From an uncultured Desulfobacteraceae bacterium (lineage in GTDB: Bacteria > Desulfobacterota > DSM-4660 > Desulfatiglandales > HGW-15), in NCBI GenBank assembly GCA_964580575.1, contig CAZOLJ010000015.1:1329-65328 (forward strand): a DNA stretch of 64,000 nt, read 5' to 3'. The position numbers and the translations under genes were made by a program. The first letter of the stretch is position 1. Every line of letters begins with the position of its first letter. This document shows positions 10,816 through 20,657 of this stretch, one piece after another. Below the pieces are notes generated by a model, which saw only the letters and a program-made list of their open reading frames with translations, ran no database searches and had not been told where the DNA came from.

Positions 10816-11942
10816 GTCGACCTCCCTCTGAGGTTCTGCGCGCAGGTCTCGGGACTCAGGAGACACCGGTAGGCCCGGTCGTTCGATATCTCCCGAAGCA
10901 CAACGTTTTCCGCCGCGCAGGCGTTGGAAAGGAACGCACAGCGATTGCGAAAGGCGCATCCCTTCAGATCCCCGATAGGCGTTGGAACGACCCCCGGAAT
11001 GGAGCCCAGGTGCTCTCCGGGTTTGGTTTTTCCAGGGATGGGAATACAGCCCAGAAGTCCCTGGGTGTAAGGGTGGAGAGGGTTGTCGAAAATCTGGAGC
11101 GCTTCACCCGATTCCACGACCTCGCCGCAGTACATGACGTTGACCCAATCCGCCACCCTCGCGACGATGCCGAGATCGTGGGTGATCAGGAGCAGTCCCA
11201 TCTGAAACTCTTTCTGGAGCGAGGCGAGGAGGGAGAGGGCTGCTTCCAGAAGCACGGCATGGGCGATTTCCAGCGTGGCGATGACGATCAGGTTGTTGAG
11301 GACGTTGGGCATCAACTCGGTGAAGAGGATCCGGGGCGTGGAGCAGCCGATGGCCTTGGCCGCGCTGATGTAGTCGCTGGAGCGGATCTGCTGGGTCGAG
11401 GAGCGCATGACCACGGCGAAGCGGTCCCAGATGAGCAGACCCAGGACCAGGATGATGACCTTGAGTGACCCTCCGATCAGGGCGACGACAGCAAGGGCGA
11501 CCAGGACAACAGGCATGGACAGACGGGTGGTGATCAGGAAACTCACGACCATGTCGACCCGGCCCCCGAAGTACCCGGCAACGATGCCCAGGGAGACACC
11601 GATCAACCCCGAAAGGATCATGGCGGAGACCCCGATGAGGAGGGAGATGCGGGCGCCGTAAATGAGGCGGCTTAGATAGTCCCGCCCCAGGTTGTCGGTC
11701 CCCATCGGGTGGGCCCACGTCCCCTTCTCGTGCCAGATCGGATCCACCAGGCGGTTCCCCAGATCCTGGCGATAAGGGTCATGGGGGGCCAGCGCAGGGG
11801 CAAGAAGTGCCACGAGAAGAAGGAAGCAAAGGACCCCGGCGCCGATCATGAAGCCCTTGTGGGCCAGGGTGCGCCGGCGAAGAATCTCTCCCGGGGACGG
11901 GAATTCGACCTCTTGAATGTGTCCTGCGGCTTGCTCGGACAT
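10812..11942 (-). pseudogene. In-frame chimera: DppC-type permease N-part fused to DppD-type ATPase C-part
   Basis: Permease sequence (HPMGTDNLGRDYLSRLIYGARISL...LEAALS) switches near 11235 to ATPase sequence (LLASLQKEFQMGLLLITHDLGIV...HPYTQGLLGCIP...GCAFRNRC). Walker A, signature and Walker B are absent. Confidence 0.8.
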
Positions 11943-11949
11943 GGCTTTA

Positions 11950-13308
11950 TCACCCGACCCGGATGCGGGGATCCAGAAACGCGTTGAGAAGATCGGCCAG
12001 AAACGTCAAAACCACGTAAAACATAGACACCAGGAGCACGATGGCCTGAACCATGGGGAGGTCGGCCCGGGCAATGGACTCGTAGCCGAGGAATCCTACG
12101 CCGTTGATGGCAAAAATCGTTTCGATGACCAGCGAGCCTCCCAGCATGGCCTTGATGCCCACGGCCTGGAGATAGCCCACCATGGCCTCTCCGTACTGGC
12201 GGTCCCGGTACCCGTAGAAGTCTACCTCGAAGCCGTTGGGATAGCCGGCCTCCGCGAGAAGTTTCTTTGCCTTTTCGGGATTGAACTCGTACTTCATCAC
12301 GTCATCGGTGCAACCGAACTGGGAAGGAAAACAGGCGGCGTGAACCACGCGGGACTCGCCGCCCACGAGGTTCCTGCTGATGGCCTCCCGATCGATGGCG
12401 TAATTCACGGCCCTCCGCACCCTCAGATCCTTGAACGGGGTGTCTCCCGCTCGGCCCGTGACATCCATCTGGAGGAAGGCGATGCGCATGTCCTCACCCC
12501 TCAGCACGTTGATCCCCTTTCCCTTTTCAAGGTTGGCCGCCTGTTCCGGGGTCAGCATGTAGATCCAGTCGAGCCCGCCGGTCATCAACTCGGCCATCTG
12601 GGTGGTCATCTCCGGGATGGTCCGCTGGACCAGTTTGCCGATGGCGGGCTGTCCCTTGGGGCTGTCCTTGAAATAGTTCTCGTTCTTCACGAAAACGATC
12701 CTCTTGCCCGGCTCGATTTCCTTGACCTTGTAAGGGCCGGTGCCGACGGGCTTCTGCCCGAAGCCCTTCGGCCCGACCTTGGCGTAGTACTCGTTCGGGT
12801 AGATGGGAACGTTGCCTCCAAGGTATTCGAGGGCGGCCGGGAAGGGCTTCTTGAGATAGAGCTTCACCTTGTAGGGGTCGAGTTTCTCCGCCTTCGCCAT
12901 CCAGTCCACGTTCTGCTGGACGAGCACCTTGTTTTCAGGGTTCGTCACATAGTTGATGGTGTAGACCACATCGTCGGCGTCGAACGCCTCACCGTTGTGG
13001 AAGGTGATGCCCTGCCGGAGTTCAAACTCCATGGTCGTGGCGTCGATCCACTTGTAGGACTTGGCCAGAAGGGGCTTGTACTCATAGGTGACAGGGTCAC
13101 GGAAGATCAGATCGTCGAAGATGTGGTGGCTGACGATCATCCCTTCCCGGGCCGTGTTGTAATACCGGTCCATGGTTTCAAGTTCCTTGGTCCACGCAAA
13201 GTTCAGGGTGTCGTCCTTCTTGCCGGCCCCGGCGGTGGACAAAAAAGACGCCCAACAAATGACGACGAGAGCGCATGCAAAAATGGTCGACAGAATCCTT
13301 CTACACAT
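11950..13308 (-). pseudogene. In-frame chimera: DppA-type substrate-binding protein fused to the C-terminal part of a DppB-type permease
   Basis: Signal peptide MCRRILSTIF...; family-5 SBP motifs (VGTGPYKV, DLRVRRAVNYAIDRE); switches near 12150 to LGGSLVIETIFAINGVG...LADLLNAFLDPRIR. Confidence 0.8.
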
Positions 13309-13471
13309 GGCCGTACCCTCCTTCGTTGGCATGACAGAGCATTCCTTGGCGTCGCCCACGCAAAGTGCCAGCGCATCCCCCTTGAAACACCCAGAATAAA
13401 ACCATGAAGGTTTACTCGCTTTCCCTTCCCTGTTGAGGCGTCGGAAGGTCGCTCCGAGCAAAGACACCGCG

Positions 13472-13547
13472 CGAAACAAAAATTTCAAAGCAATTGTTTA
13501 TGAACCGAATATTTCAGCCGGTACCATTCCCTGTGGGCACGTGTCAA
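13472..13547 (-). promoter_or_regulatory. Promoter of the peptide ABC operon with two RpiR-type boxes
   Basis: TTGACA on the minus strand at 13547-13542; boxes cgaaacaaaaatttca (13472-13487) and tgaaccgaatatttca (13501-13516). Confidence 0.6.
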
Positions 13548-13583
13548 CAAAAAAGAGTTTTCCACCGCGAAAAAATTCCGGGT

Positions 13584-14765
13584 TCACTTCGAGCCGGCCC
13601 CAAGGTAGCGCCTGACGGCCTCGTAGAAAACGTTTGCTCCGATTTCGAGGACTCTTTCATCGATGTCAAAGTAGGGGGAGTGGAGGGGATGCGCCCCCCC
13701 CTGCTCCCTGTTGGAACAGCCCAGACGCATGATTGCGCTGGGGCGCTGCAGTGCGAAATAGGCGAAATCCTCGGAGGCCATGACAGGGGGCAGGTAAGCA
13801 ACGTTGGCCTTCCCCAAGACATCCATGGACGTTTCATAAAGCAATCTGGCCACGGTTTCATCGTTCACGCAGAGAGGGCATCCTTCACGAAGCTGGAACC
13901 GTGTGTTGACCAGAAAGGTCGGTTCCAGTCCTTCAGCGATCTGCCTCAGCCGTTCGATAACGCGCGCCCGAACCTCGCCTGAGAGGGCTCGCACGGTGCC
14001 CTCGAGGTAGGCGAACTCCGGGATGACATTGGGTGCGTCGCCGGCTGTGAACTTTCCGACGGTCACGGCGGCCGCCTCAGTAGGCTTGACGTTCCTCGCC
14101 GCGATGCTCTGCACGGCCGTGACAAAGGAAGCCCCGGCCACGACAGGATCGATGCCCTCCTCCGGCCGGGCCCCGTGAGCGCCCTTTCCCCGGATGGCCA
14201 GTTCGAAGACATCGGAGGAGGCGTAGCCCAGGCCTTGGAACACGCCCACCCTCCCTACGGCGAGGTCGGTCGACATGTGTCCGGCGATGATGCAATCGAC
14301 CCCGGGGTTGTCCAGAACCCCCCTTTCAATCATGGCCTTTGCACCCGAGCCCCTCTCCTCTGCGGGCTGAAAAAGAAACTTCACGTGGCCTCGAAGAGAG
14401 GATCCGAATCCGGTGTCCTGGATTTTCCTGGCGACCCCAAGCATGATGGCAGTGTTGGCATCGTGCCCGCAGGCGTGCATCACGCCGGGATGTCGCGACT
14501 TGTAGGGCACCTCATTCAACTCGGCAATGGGCAGGGCGTCGATGTCCGCCCGGAGCGCGATGGTCGGCCCTTCTCCGGTGCCGCTGATCAGACCCACGGC
14601 TCCGGTCGTGCCCGGAAAGGTTTGCACCGGGATGCGGGCGTCGGAAAGGATTTCGACGATTTTTTCGGTGGTCTTGATTTCCTCGTGGGCGGTCTCCGGG
14701 TGCGCGTGGAGGTACCGCCGCACATCCACAAGCCATTGAGAAAATCCGGGATGCGACTCAGGCAT
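13584..14765 (-). CDS. M20D amidohydrolase (hippurate/IAA-amino acid hydrolase family)
   Basis: RRYLHAHPE, ALRADIDALP, MHACGHD, FQPAEE and SEDF motifs. Confidence 0.92.
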   Translation of the reverse strand: MPESHPGFSQWLVDVRRYLHAHPETAHEEIKTTEKIVEILSDARIPVQTFPGTTGAVGLISGTGEGPTIALRADIDALPIAELNEVPYKSRHPGVMHACGHDANTAIMLGVARKIQDTGFGSSLRGHVKFLFQPAEERGSGAKAMIERGVLDNPGVDCIIAGHMSTDLAVGRVGVFQGLGYASSDVFELAIRGKGAHGARPEEGIDPVVAGASFVTAVQSIAARNVKPTEAAAVTVGKFTAGDAPNVIPEFAYLEGTVRALSGEVRARVIERLRQIAEGLEPTFLVNTRFQLREGCPLCVNDETVARLLYETSMDVLGKANVAYLPPVMASEDFAYFALQRPSAIMRLGCSNREQGGAHPLHSPYFDIDERVLEIGANVFYEAVRRYLGAGSK

Positions 14766-14791
14766 ACGGGGCTAGGACCTCCTTTTTTCTG

Positions 14792-14870
14792 TTGACACGT
14801 CGTCCCGAAGGGGGTGTAATGAGGGTGAAATATATATTTCAAAATATTAAGGATTGCAACAATTATTTCA
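14792..14870 (+). promoter_or_regulatory. Sigma70 promoter and two RpiR-type operator boxes
   Basis: TTGACA(14792)-17 bp-TGTAAT(14815); perfect palindrome tgaaatatatatttca (14826-14841) and tgcaacaattatttca (14855-14870). Confidence 0.7.
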
Positions 14871-14874
14871 CACT

Positions 14875-15831
14875 ATGGCGAACCATAAGCTCCTGGATCG
14901 TATTCGGGCCCTCCAAAAGCTGACCCCCGGCGAGGCCAAGATCGCCGACTTCCTGTCCCGCCGCTTTCCCGAGACCGTGTTCGATAATGTGACCACCATC
15001 AGCCAGAAGAGCGGTGTGAGCAAGGCCACCGTGGTTCGCTTCATCTCCCGCCTCGGCTACAGCAGCTTCTACGAGTTCCGAAATCAGCAGCGGCACGAGG
15101 TCGTCTCACGGCTGGAATCCCCAGTCCAGAGGTACAGCCTCAAGAAGAGGCAACTGATGGGGGAAGGGGAGGACATTCTCGGCCAGAACTTCGCCTACAT
15201 CATGAAGAACCTCAGGCACACCCACGCCCGGACCGACCCGAAGACGTTCCGGGAAGTCGCCCGCCTGATCGCCGATCCCAAGGGGGAACTCTTCATCATG
15301 GGGCAGCGCACGTCCTATGCCCTGGCCTACCTTTTCCATGTGCTCCTGGGATATCTGCGACCCAGGATCACCCTGCTCGATCCCCAGACCTCCGTGCTTC
15401 CGGATCGACTCGTCGACGTGACCCCGAAGGACACGCTTTTCGTCATTTCCCATCGCCGCTATGCCACGCTGACGCACAAGGTGGCCGAGACCTTTGCAGA
15501 CGCCGGCGTCAGGATCATCCTGCTCACGGACAGCGAGTTCTCCCCCCTGAGCTCCCTGGCTCACCTTCAGCTCGTCGTCCCTTCCGAAGGCCTTTCCATT
15601 TTCCAGAGCTACTGTGCCGCGTCGGCGCTGCTCGAATCCCTGGTCATCGCAGCCCTCCAGTTTTGCGACGAAAGGATTTTCGATCGGTCCGAGAAGGCGG
15701 AGAAGCTCTACGAGCATTTCGACACCTTTTCCGCAGGGAAGAGGACGACCCCTTCCAGGGCGGAGAAGCTCAGGGAAAGGATCAAAGGGCAAAGCAGGAA
15801 AACAGGGAAGGGAGAAAAGACCGGCGCATGA
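14875..15831 (+). CDS. MurR/RpiR family transcriptional regulator
   Basis: LTPGEAKIADF...ISQKSGVSKATVVRFISRLGYSSF HTH plus a SIS domain. Confidence 0.92.
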   Translation: MANHKLLDRIRALQKLTPGEAKIADFLSRRFPETVFDNVTTISQKSGVSKATVVRFISRLGYSSFYEFRNQQRHEVVSRLESPVQRYSLKKRQLMGEGEDILGQNFAYIMKNLRHTHARTDPKTFREVARLIADPKGELFIMGQRTSYALAYLFHVLLGYLRPRITLLDPQTSVLPDRLVDVTPKDTLFVISHRRYATLTHKVAETFADAGVRIILLTDSEFSPLSSLAHLQLVVPSEGLSIFQSYCAASALLESLVIAALQFCDERIFDRSEKAEKLYEHFDTFSAGKRTTPSRAEKLRERIKGQSRKTGKGEKTGA

Positions 15832-16931
15832 GGATAGAACGAGTCGACCTCATCTTCGTGCGCATGCCCCTCGTTTCCCCTTTCGAGACCAGCAACAACC
15901 GCGTCTCCGAGCTCGACAAGCTGCTCCTCAAGGTCTACACCCCGGAATGGAGTGTCTATTCCGAGTGCACGGCCGACCCCAGACCGTTCTACTCCTATGA
16001 AACGGTTGGAACCGCTGCGTTGATCCTGAAAGAGGTTTTGCTCCCCGAGATTTTGGGCAAGAACCTGGAAGGTCCGGCGACTTACGTGAAAATGACCGCC
16101 CGCTTCCGGGGTCACCCCATGGCCAAAGCCGTCGTGGAAAATGCCCTGTGGGTGCTCTCGGCCCTGGGGCAGGGGAAACCTCTCGCGGTCATCCTCGGGG
16201 GACAAAAGCGGAGCATTGCAGCGGGGGTTTCCATCGGCATTCAGGATACGACGCAGGATCTGAATCGGACGATCGCCACCTATCTGGATGAAGGTTATCG
16301 GAGAGTCAAGATCAAACCGGGGAAAGATCTTTCCGTCGTGGAAGCGGTGCGCAGGAGTCACCCCTCTCTCCCGCTGATGGTCGATGCCAACGGCGCCTAT
16401 CGCCTGTCCGACAGCGCGCTTTTCGAAGCCATGGACGGCTGGGGCCTGATGATGATCGAGCAACCCCTCGCTCCCGACGATGTCGTGGAGCATGCCAAGC
16501 TTCAGGCCCGTGTAAAGACGCCGTTGTGCCTCGATGAGTCCATTCAAAATCCCTATTTCGCGCAGGTTGCCGCCGAGCTCGGGGCCTGCAGGATCATCAA
16601 CATCAAGCAGGGCCGGGTCGGGGGCCTGTCGGCAGCCAAAGAGATCCATGATGTCGCCCAGGCGAATCGGATGGGGGTGTGGTGCGGGGGGATGCTGGAG
16701 ACAGGGATCGGCAGGGCGGTGAACGTGGCGCTTGCCTCCCTGCCCAATTTTGTATACCCCAACGATATTTCGGCCTCGAAGCGGTACTGGGAGAGAGACA
16801 TCATCGATCCGCCTTTTTACCTCAACCCTGATGGGACCCTCGATGTTCCCTCGGCAGCGGGCCTCGGCGTCACCGTGGACGAAAGGGCACTGGCCCGTGT
16901 CACCCTGGCGCGTGAAGTGATCCGTTTGTAA
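15828..16931 (+). CDS. o-succinylbenzoate synthase / N-succinylamino acid racemase (enolase superfamily)
   Basis: KIK motif, VDANGAY, MIEQP, CLDES, INIKQGRVGGL and WCGGMLETGIG; ATGA overlap with rpiR. Confidence 0.88.
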   Translation: MRIERVDLIFVRMPLVSPFETSNNRVSELDKLLLKVYTPEWSVYSECTADPRPFYSYETVGTAALILKEVLLPEILGKNLEGPATYVKMTARFRGHPMAKAVVENALWVLSALGQGKPLAVILGGQKRSIAAGVSIGIQDTTQDLNRTIATYLDEGYRRVKIKPGKDLSVVEAVRRSHPSLPLMVDANGAYRLSDSALFEAMDGWGLMMIEQPLAPDDVVEHAKLQARVKTPLCLDESIQNPYFAQVAAELGACRIINIKQGRVGGLSAAKEIHDVAQANRMGVWCGGMLETGIGRAVNVALASLPNFVYPNDISASKRYWERDIIDPPFYLNPDGTLDVPSAAGLGVTVDERALARVTLAREVIRL

Positions 16932-16959
16932 TCTCAGCCCCTTCCTCCCGTCGAGGGTT

Positions 16960-17110
16960 ACCTGTTGGTCAAAAAAAGAAAAAAATTTTCTTGACATTAA
17001 TTTTCTTATTTGCTAGCAGATAGCCTAACAATTTTCATAAAAACAAAAAAAGGTATAAAATATACTATAATTATTTTACTTTATTTGTATTGTTGGGTCA
17101 GCATATTGTC
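16960..17110 (+). promoter_or_regulatory. AT-rich regulatory region upstream of the Lrp gene
   Basis: Sharp AT enrichment and TTGACA at 16991; AT-rich tracts are typical of Lrp-bound DNA. Confidence 0.4.
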
Positions 17111-17133
17111 AAAATGCAAAGTGAGGAGATCCG

Positions 17134-17607
17134 TTGGCTGAGGAGCTCGACACTCTCGACAAAGAACTCATTCGTCTTCTCTGCAAAGACGGACAAGCCC
17201 CCGTGGCGGATCTGGCGAAGCGGCTTTCTGTTACGACACCGACTGTACGCACCAGAGTCAAGCGATTGATCAAGTCAGGACTCCTCAGAATTGCCGGAAG
17301 CATCAATACCCAGAATCATCCCGAACTGATTTCCGCCCTCGTTGCCATGAAGGTACAGTCTTTCGGCAAGCTCGAGGAAGTGCTGCAGAAACTGGAAAGC
17401 ATCGATCAGGTCATTTGGGCGGGGGTCGTCACGGGACGGTACGACATCTTTGCCGAGGTGGTGGTGGCGGGTGGCATCGCGGAACTGCACGCGCTCATTA
17501 CCAATATCATCCCCCGCGTGGGCAAGGTGGTCCAAACGGAAACCTTTGTCCTCACGAGGTCGGCAAAGAAGTGGATATCGATGCCTCAAGGGATGAAAGA
17601 GTGGTAA
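17134..17607 (+). CDS. Lrp/AsnC family transcriptional regulator
   Basis: LDTLDKELIRLL..DG...LAKRLSVTTPTVRTRVKRL HTH; VTGRYDIFAEV. Confidence 0.92.
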   Translation: MAEELDTLDKELIRLLCKDGQAPVADLAKRLSVTTPTVRTRVKRLIKSGLLRIAGSINTQNHPELISALVAMKVQSFGKLEEVLQKLESIDQVIWAGVVTGRYDIFAEVVVAGGIAELHALITNIIPRVGKVVQTETFVLTRSAKKWISMPQGMKEW

Positions 17608-17671
17608 GAGGGTTGCGTGGAAGAAAGAGAATGGGTGGCGTAGCAGGAGAGGCACGCGGAGGTTCAACGCT

Positions 17672-18871
17672 TTGAGGATTGCCGTATTAGGAGGGCTTGG
17701 GCTTCAAGGCAGGGCGGCTCTTGTCGCACTCAGCCGTAGGCGTTCAGTCGACCAAATTATCTGCGCGGACCTTGGCACGGAGATCCCGGAGAAGGTGCGT
17801 TTCATGGTGGACCTCAAAAAAACAAGGTTCGAGAAGATGGACGCCTCTTCAAAGGACGATCTCGTGGTCCTTCTCAAGGAGGACGTGGACGTGGCTCTCG
17901 AATTCCTGCCGGTGCCCCTCCTGCCAAAGGCTTATGAAGCAGCCATCGAGGCGGGGGTCGGACTCGTGGGCACGAGCTACGGCCAGACCATCCGCCACCT
18001 TCATGATCGCGCGCTCGACGCGCGCGTTTCTCTCATGCCGGAGTGCGGACTGGACCCGGGGATCGACCTGGTCGTGTGCGGCCACGCGGTAAAAGAGTTC
18101 GACGAACTGCACGTGCTGAATTCTTACTGCGGAGGCATTCCCGAGAAAAAGGCCTGTGACAATCCCCTGAAATACAAAATCTCTTGGAACTGGGATCTGG
18201 TCCTCCGCGCTCAGAAGCGGCCGGCGGTCCTGATCAAAGGCGGACGGAGGGTGGAAATCGCCGCGGCGGATCAGCATGACAACGATATGATCGGGGCCAT
18301 CGATTTTCCCGGTTTGGGTGAGCTGGAGTCCATACCGAACGGAGATGCCGCTTTTTACACCGACCTTCTCGGCGTGACGCGGACCATCCGGGAGACCGGC
18401 CGTTACGCGCTGCGCTGGCCCGGTTGGTGCGCCTTCTGGGCGCCCTTGAAAAAGCTGGGTTTCCTGTCCGATGAGCCCTTGGACATTGGAGGCTGCCCGG
18501 TAACCCCCCACCAATTCGTGGTTCAGCTTACAGAGCCGCAACTGCAATTCCGCGACGACGAGAAAGACCTGGTGGTGATGCGCAACCTGTTCCGAGGTCT
18601 CAAGGGCGGCAGGCGGAAAACAATCATCACGGACTTGTTCGTCGAACGGGATCTCGGCACAGGCCTCCTTGCCATGAACCTGAGCGTCGCCTATCCTGCA
18701 ACCATCGTGGCATGCATGATCGGGAACGGGCAGATTGCAAAGAAAGGAGTTCTTTCGCCTATGACAGACATCCCCTACGACATTTTTATGATGGAGCTCT
18801 CTCGTTGTGGAATCGTGGTCAACGAACAAATCCATTATGAAGACCCGCAAATCATGGAGCTTCATTCTTAG
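17672..18871 (+). CDS. Saccharopine dehydrogenase / lysine-6-dehydrogenase family protein
   Basis: GGLGLQG Rossmann motif, ECGLDPGID, SYCGGIP, YKISWN and LRWPGW. Confidence 0.85.
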   Translation: MRIAVLGGLGLQGRAALVALSRRRSVDQIICADLGTEIPEKVRFMVDLKKTRFEKMDASSKDDLVVLLKEDVDVALEFLPVPLLPKAYEAAIEAGVGLVGTSYGQTIRHLHDRALDARVSLMPECGLDPGIDLVVCGHAVKEFDELHVLNSYCGGIPEKKACDNPLKYKISWNWDLVLRAQKRPAVLIKGGRRVEIAAADQHDNDMIGAIDFPGLGELESIPNGDAAFYTDLLGVTRTIRETGRYALRWPGWCAFWAPLKKLGFLSDEPLDIGGCPVTPHQFVVQLTEPQLQFRDDEKDLVVMRNLFRGLKGGRRKTIITDLFVERDLGTGLLAMNLSVAYPATIVACMIGNGQIAKKGVLSPMTDIPYDIFMMELSRCGIVVNEQIHYEDPQIMELHS

Positions 18872-18889
18872 GGTTCGGGAGTGGTAGAG

Positions 18890-20092
18890 ATGGAGACCCG
18901 ACAATACATAGAGCTGGAAGAGAAATACGGCGCGCACAACTACAAGCCCCTCGACGTGGTTCTGAGCAGGGGGCAGGGGGTGTGGGTTTGGGATGTGGAG
19001 GGGAAAAAGTATCTCGACTGTCTCGCCTCCTACTCGGCCGTGAACCAGGGACACTGCCACCCCAGGATCATGGAAACCATGATCGAGCAGTGCCGAAAGC
19101 TCACCCTGACCTCCCGGGCTTTTCGAAACGATCAGCTGGGACTTCTCTACGAGGAGCTGTGTCAACTCACCAACTCCCACAAGGTCCTCCCCATGAACAG
19201 CGGCGCCGAGGCCGTGGAAACCGTGATCAAGGCGGTGCGCAAGTGGGGCTACAAGGTGAAAGGGGTGCCCAAAGATCAGGCCGAGATCATCGCCTGCGAG
19301 AACAATTTCCACGGCCGCACCATCACCCTCGTGGGATTCAGCACGGAAGAGCACTACCGCGAGGGTTTCGGCCCCTTCACGCCCGGGTTCAAGATCGTCC
19401 CCTTTGGCGATGCCGAAGCCCTGGAATCGGCCATCACGCCGAATACGGTGGGTTTCCTCGTGGAGCCGATTCAAGGGGAAGCGGGGATCATCCTCCCGCC
19501 CGAGGGGTACCTGAGAAAAGCCAAGTCCATCTGCGAGAAGAACCAGGTGGTCCTGATCCTGGACGAGATTCAGACCGGTCTGGGCCGCACCGGCAAGCTT
19601 CTGGCGGAGCAGCACGAAGGGATCGAGGCGGACATCAGCCTGATCGGCAAAGCCCTTTCCGGCGGCTTTTACCCCATATCCGTCGTCCTGTCCAACACGG
19701 AAGTCCTGGGCGTGCTTCGGCCGGGAGAGCACGGCAGCACCTTCGGAGGCAATCCGCTCGCCTGTGCTGTGGCGAGAACCGCTCTCAGAGTGCTCATCGA
19801 AGAGGGGATGATCGACAATTCCGCGGCCATGGGGGCCTATTTCCTGGGTGAGCTGAAGAAAATCAGGAGTCCCCTCATCAAGGAGGTGCGCGGCAGGGGT
19901 CTGATGATCGGCGTGGAGCTCTTTCCGGAAGCAGGAGGGGCCCGTGTTTACTGCGAGAAACTCATGAGTTTTGGGATCCTTTGCAAGGAAACCCATGATC
20001 ACATCATCCGCTTTGCCCCGCCCCTCATCATTACGAGGGAAGAAATCGACTGGGCATTGGAGAGGATCGAAAAGGTTTTGGCGAAGCACTGA
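18890..20092 (+). CDS. rocD: Ornithine--oxo-acid aminotransferase
   Basis: [58 protein letters not shown] and [15 protein letters not shown]. Confidence 0.93.
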   Translation: METRQYIELEEKYGAHNYKPLDVVLSRGQGVWVWDVEGKKYLDCLASYSAVNQGHCHPRIMETMIEQCRKLTLTSRAFRNDQLGLLYEELCQLTNSHKVLPMNSGAEAVETVIKAVRKWGYKVKGVPKDQAEIIACENNFHGRTITLVGFSTEEHYREGFGPFTPGFKIVPFGDAEALESAITPNTVGFLVEPIQGEAGIILPPEGYLRKAKSICEKNQVVLILDEIQTGLGRTGKLLAEQHEGIEADISLIGKALSGGFYPISVVLSNTEVLGVLRPGEHGSTFGGNPLACAVARTALRVLIEEGMIDNSAAMGAYFLGELKKIRSPLIKEVRGRGLMIGVELFPEAGGARVYCEKLMSFGILCKETHDHIIRFAPPLIITREEIDWALERIEKVLAKH

Positions 20093-20122
20093 ACACATCG
20101 AGAACCATCAACAGGAGGAGGT

Positions 20123-20485
20123 ATTGCCGTGCTCCTCGGCTCCACCGGCGAGACCGATGCCAAGAAAGCCTTCCCGAACGCAGAACTCAAATCGTACAAG
20201 GGCGGCGGTCCGCTCCTGATCGATGCGGTGCTCAAGTGCCATGCGGACATCGGTGTCAACGACGGTTCAGCCGTGACCGGGCAGATGGCGAGCTTTCCGC
20301 CGAACAGCATCCGGATCTTTGAGGGCATGCTTTCCAAGTCGCCTCTTTCCTTTGCAGTGCGATATGATTCCACGGACCTCCTTGAGTGGATCAATCTTTT
20401 CTTCCTTCACATCAGCCTCGATGGAAGACTGGAGCAGAACCTCAACTACTGGGTCAACACCATGGACTGGAAGAAAGACCACTGA
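20123..20485 (+). pseudogene. C-terminal half of a polar amino acid ABC substrate-binding protein
   Basis: A strong RBS (aggaggaggt) abuts IAVLLGSTGE...ADIGVND...PLSFAVR..DLLEWINLFF..DGRLEQNLNYW. No signal peptide or N-lobe. Confidence 0.75.
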
Positions 20486-20657
20486 GAACTGAGAAAGGAA
20501 TAGGCGCCCGGGAACAGGGTATTTGGATCCCTCTTGGTGGGTGGGCAGAGACCCCCTTCAGGTGGGTAAAGTCCACCCCTATATCAGGGTGGTCAAATCT
20601 TGATCCAGTCCCATGCCGGGATCTTTGCCAAAGGGTGAAAACGGATAGGTTAGGATC

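Noticed and set aside
16290-16325. Systematic collapse of short tandem repeats (VKIKPG in the racemase, MADAVG in the hydrolase, IKLREA in the dehydrogenase each look 1-2 residues short)
   Set aside because: Other tandem codon runs (GGQQQR in the ATPase, TQQQL in RmuC) are intact, so there is no systematic pattern. It cannot be told from natural indels without alignments.
17849-20098. 749-aa minus-strand ORF
   Set aside because: It is the antisense shadow of the saccharopine-DH-like and rocD genes and has no motifs. The same applies to the many other long antisense ORFs (e.g. 11917-13407, 42027-43565, 46592-47953, 48467-50170), which are expected in GC-rich coding DNA.
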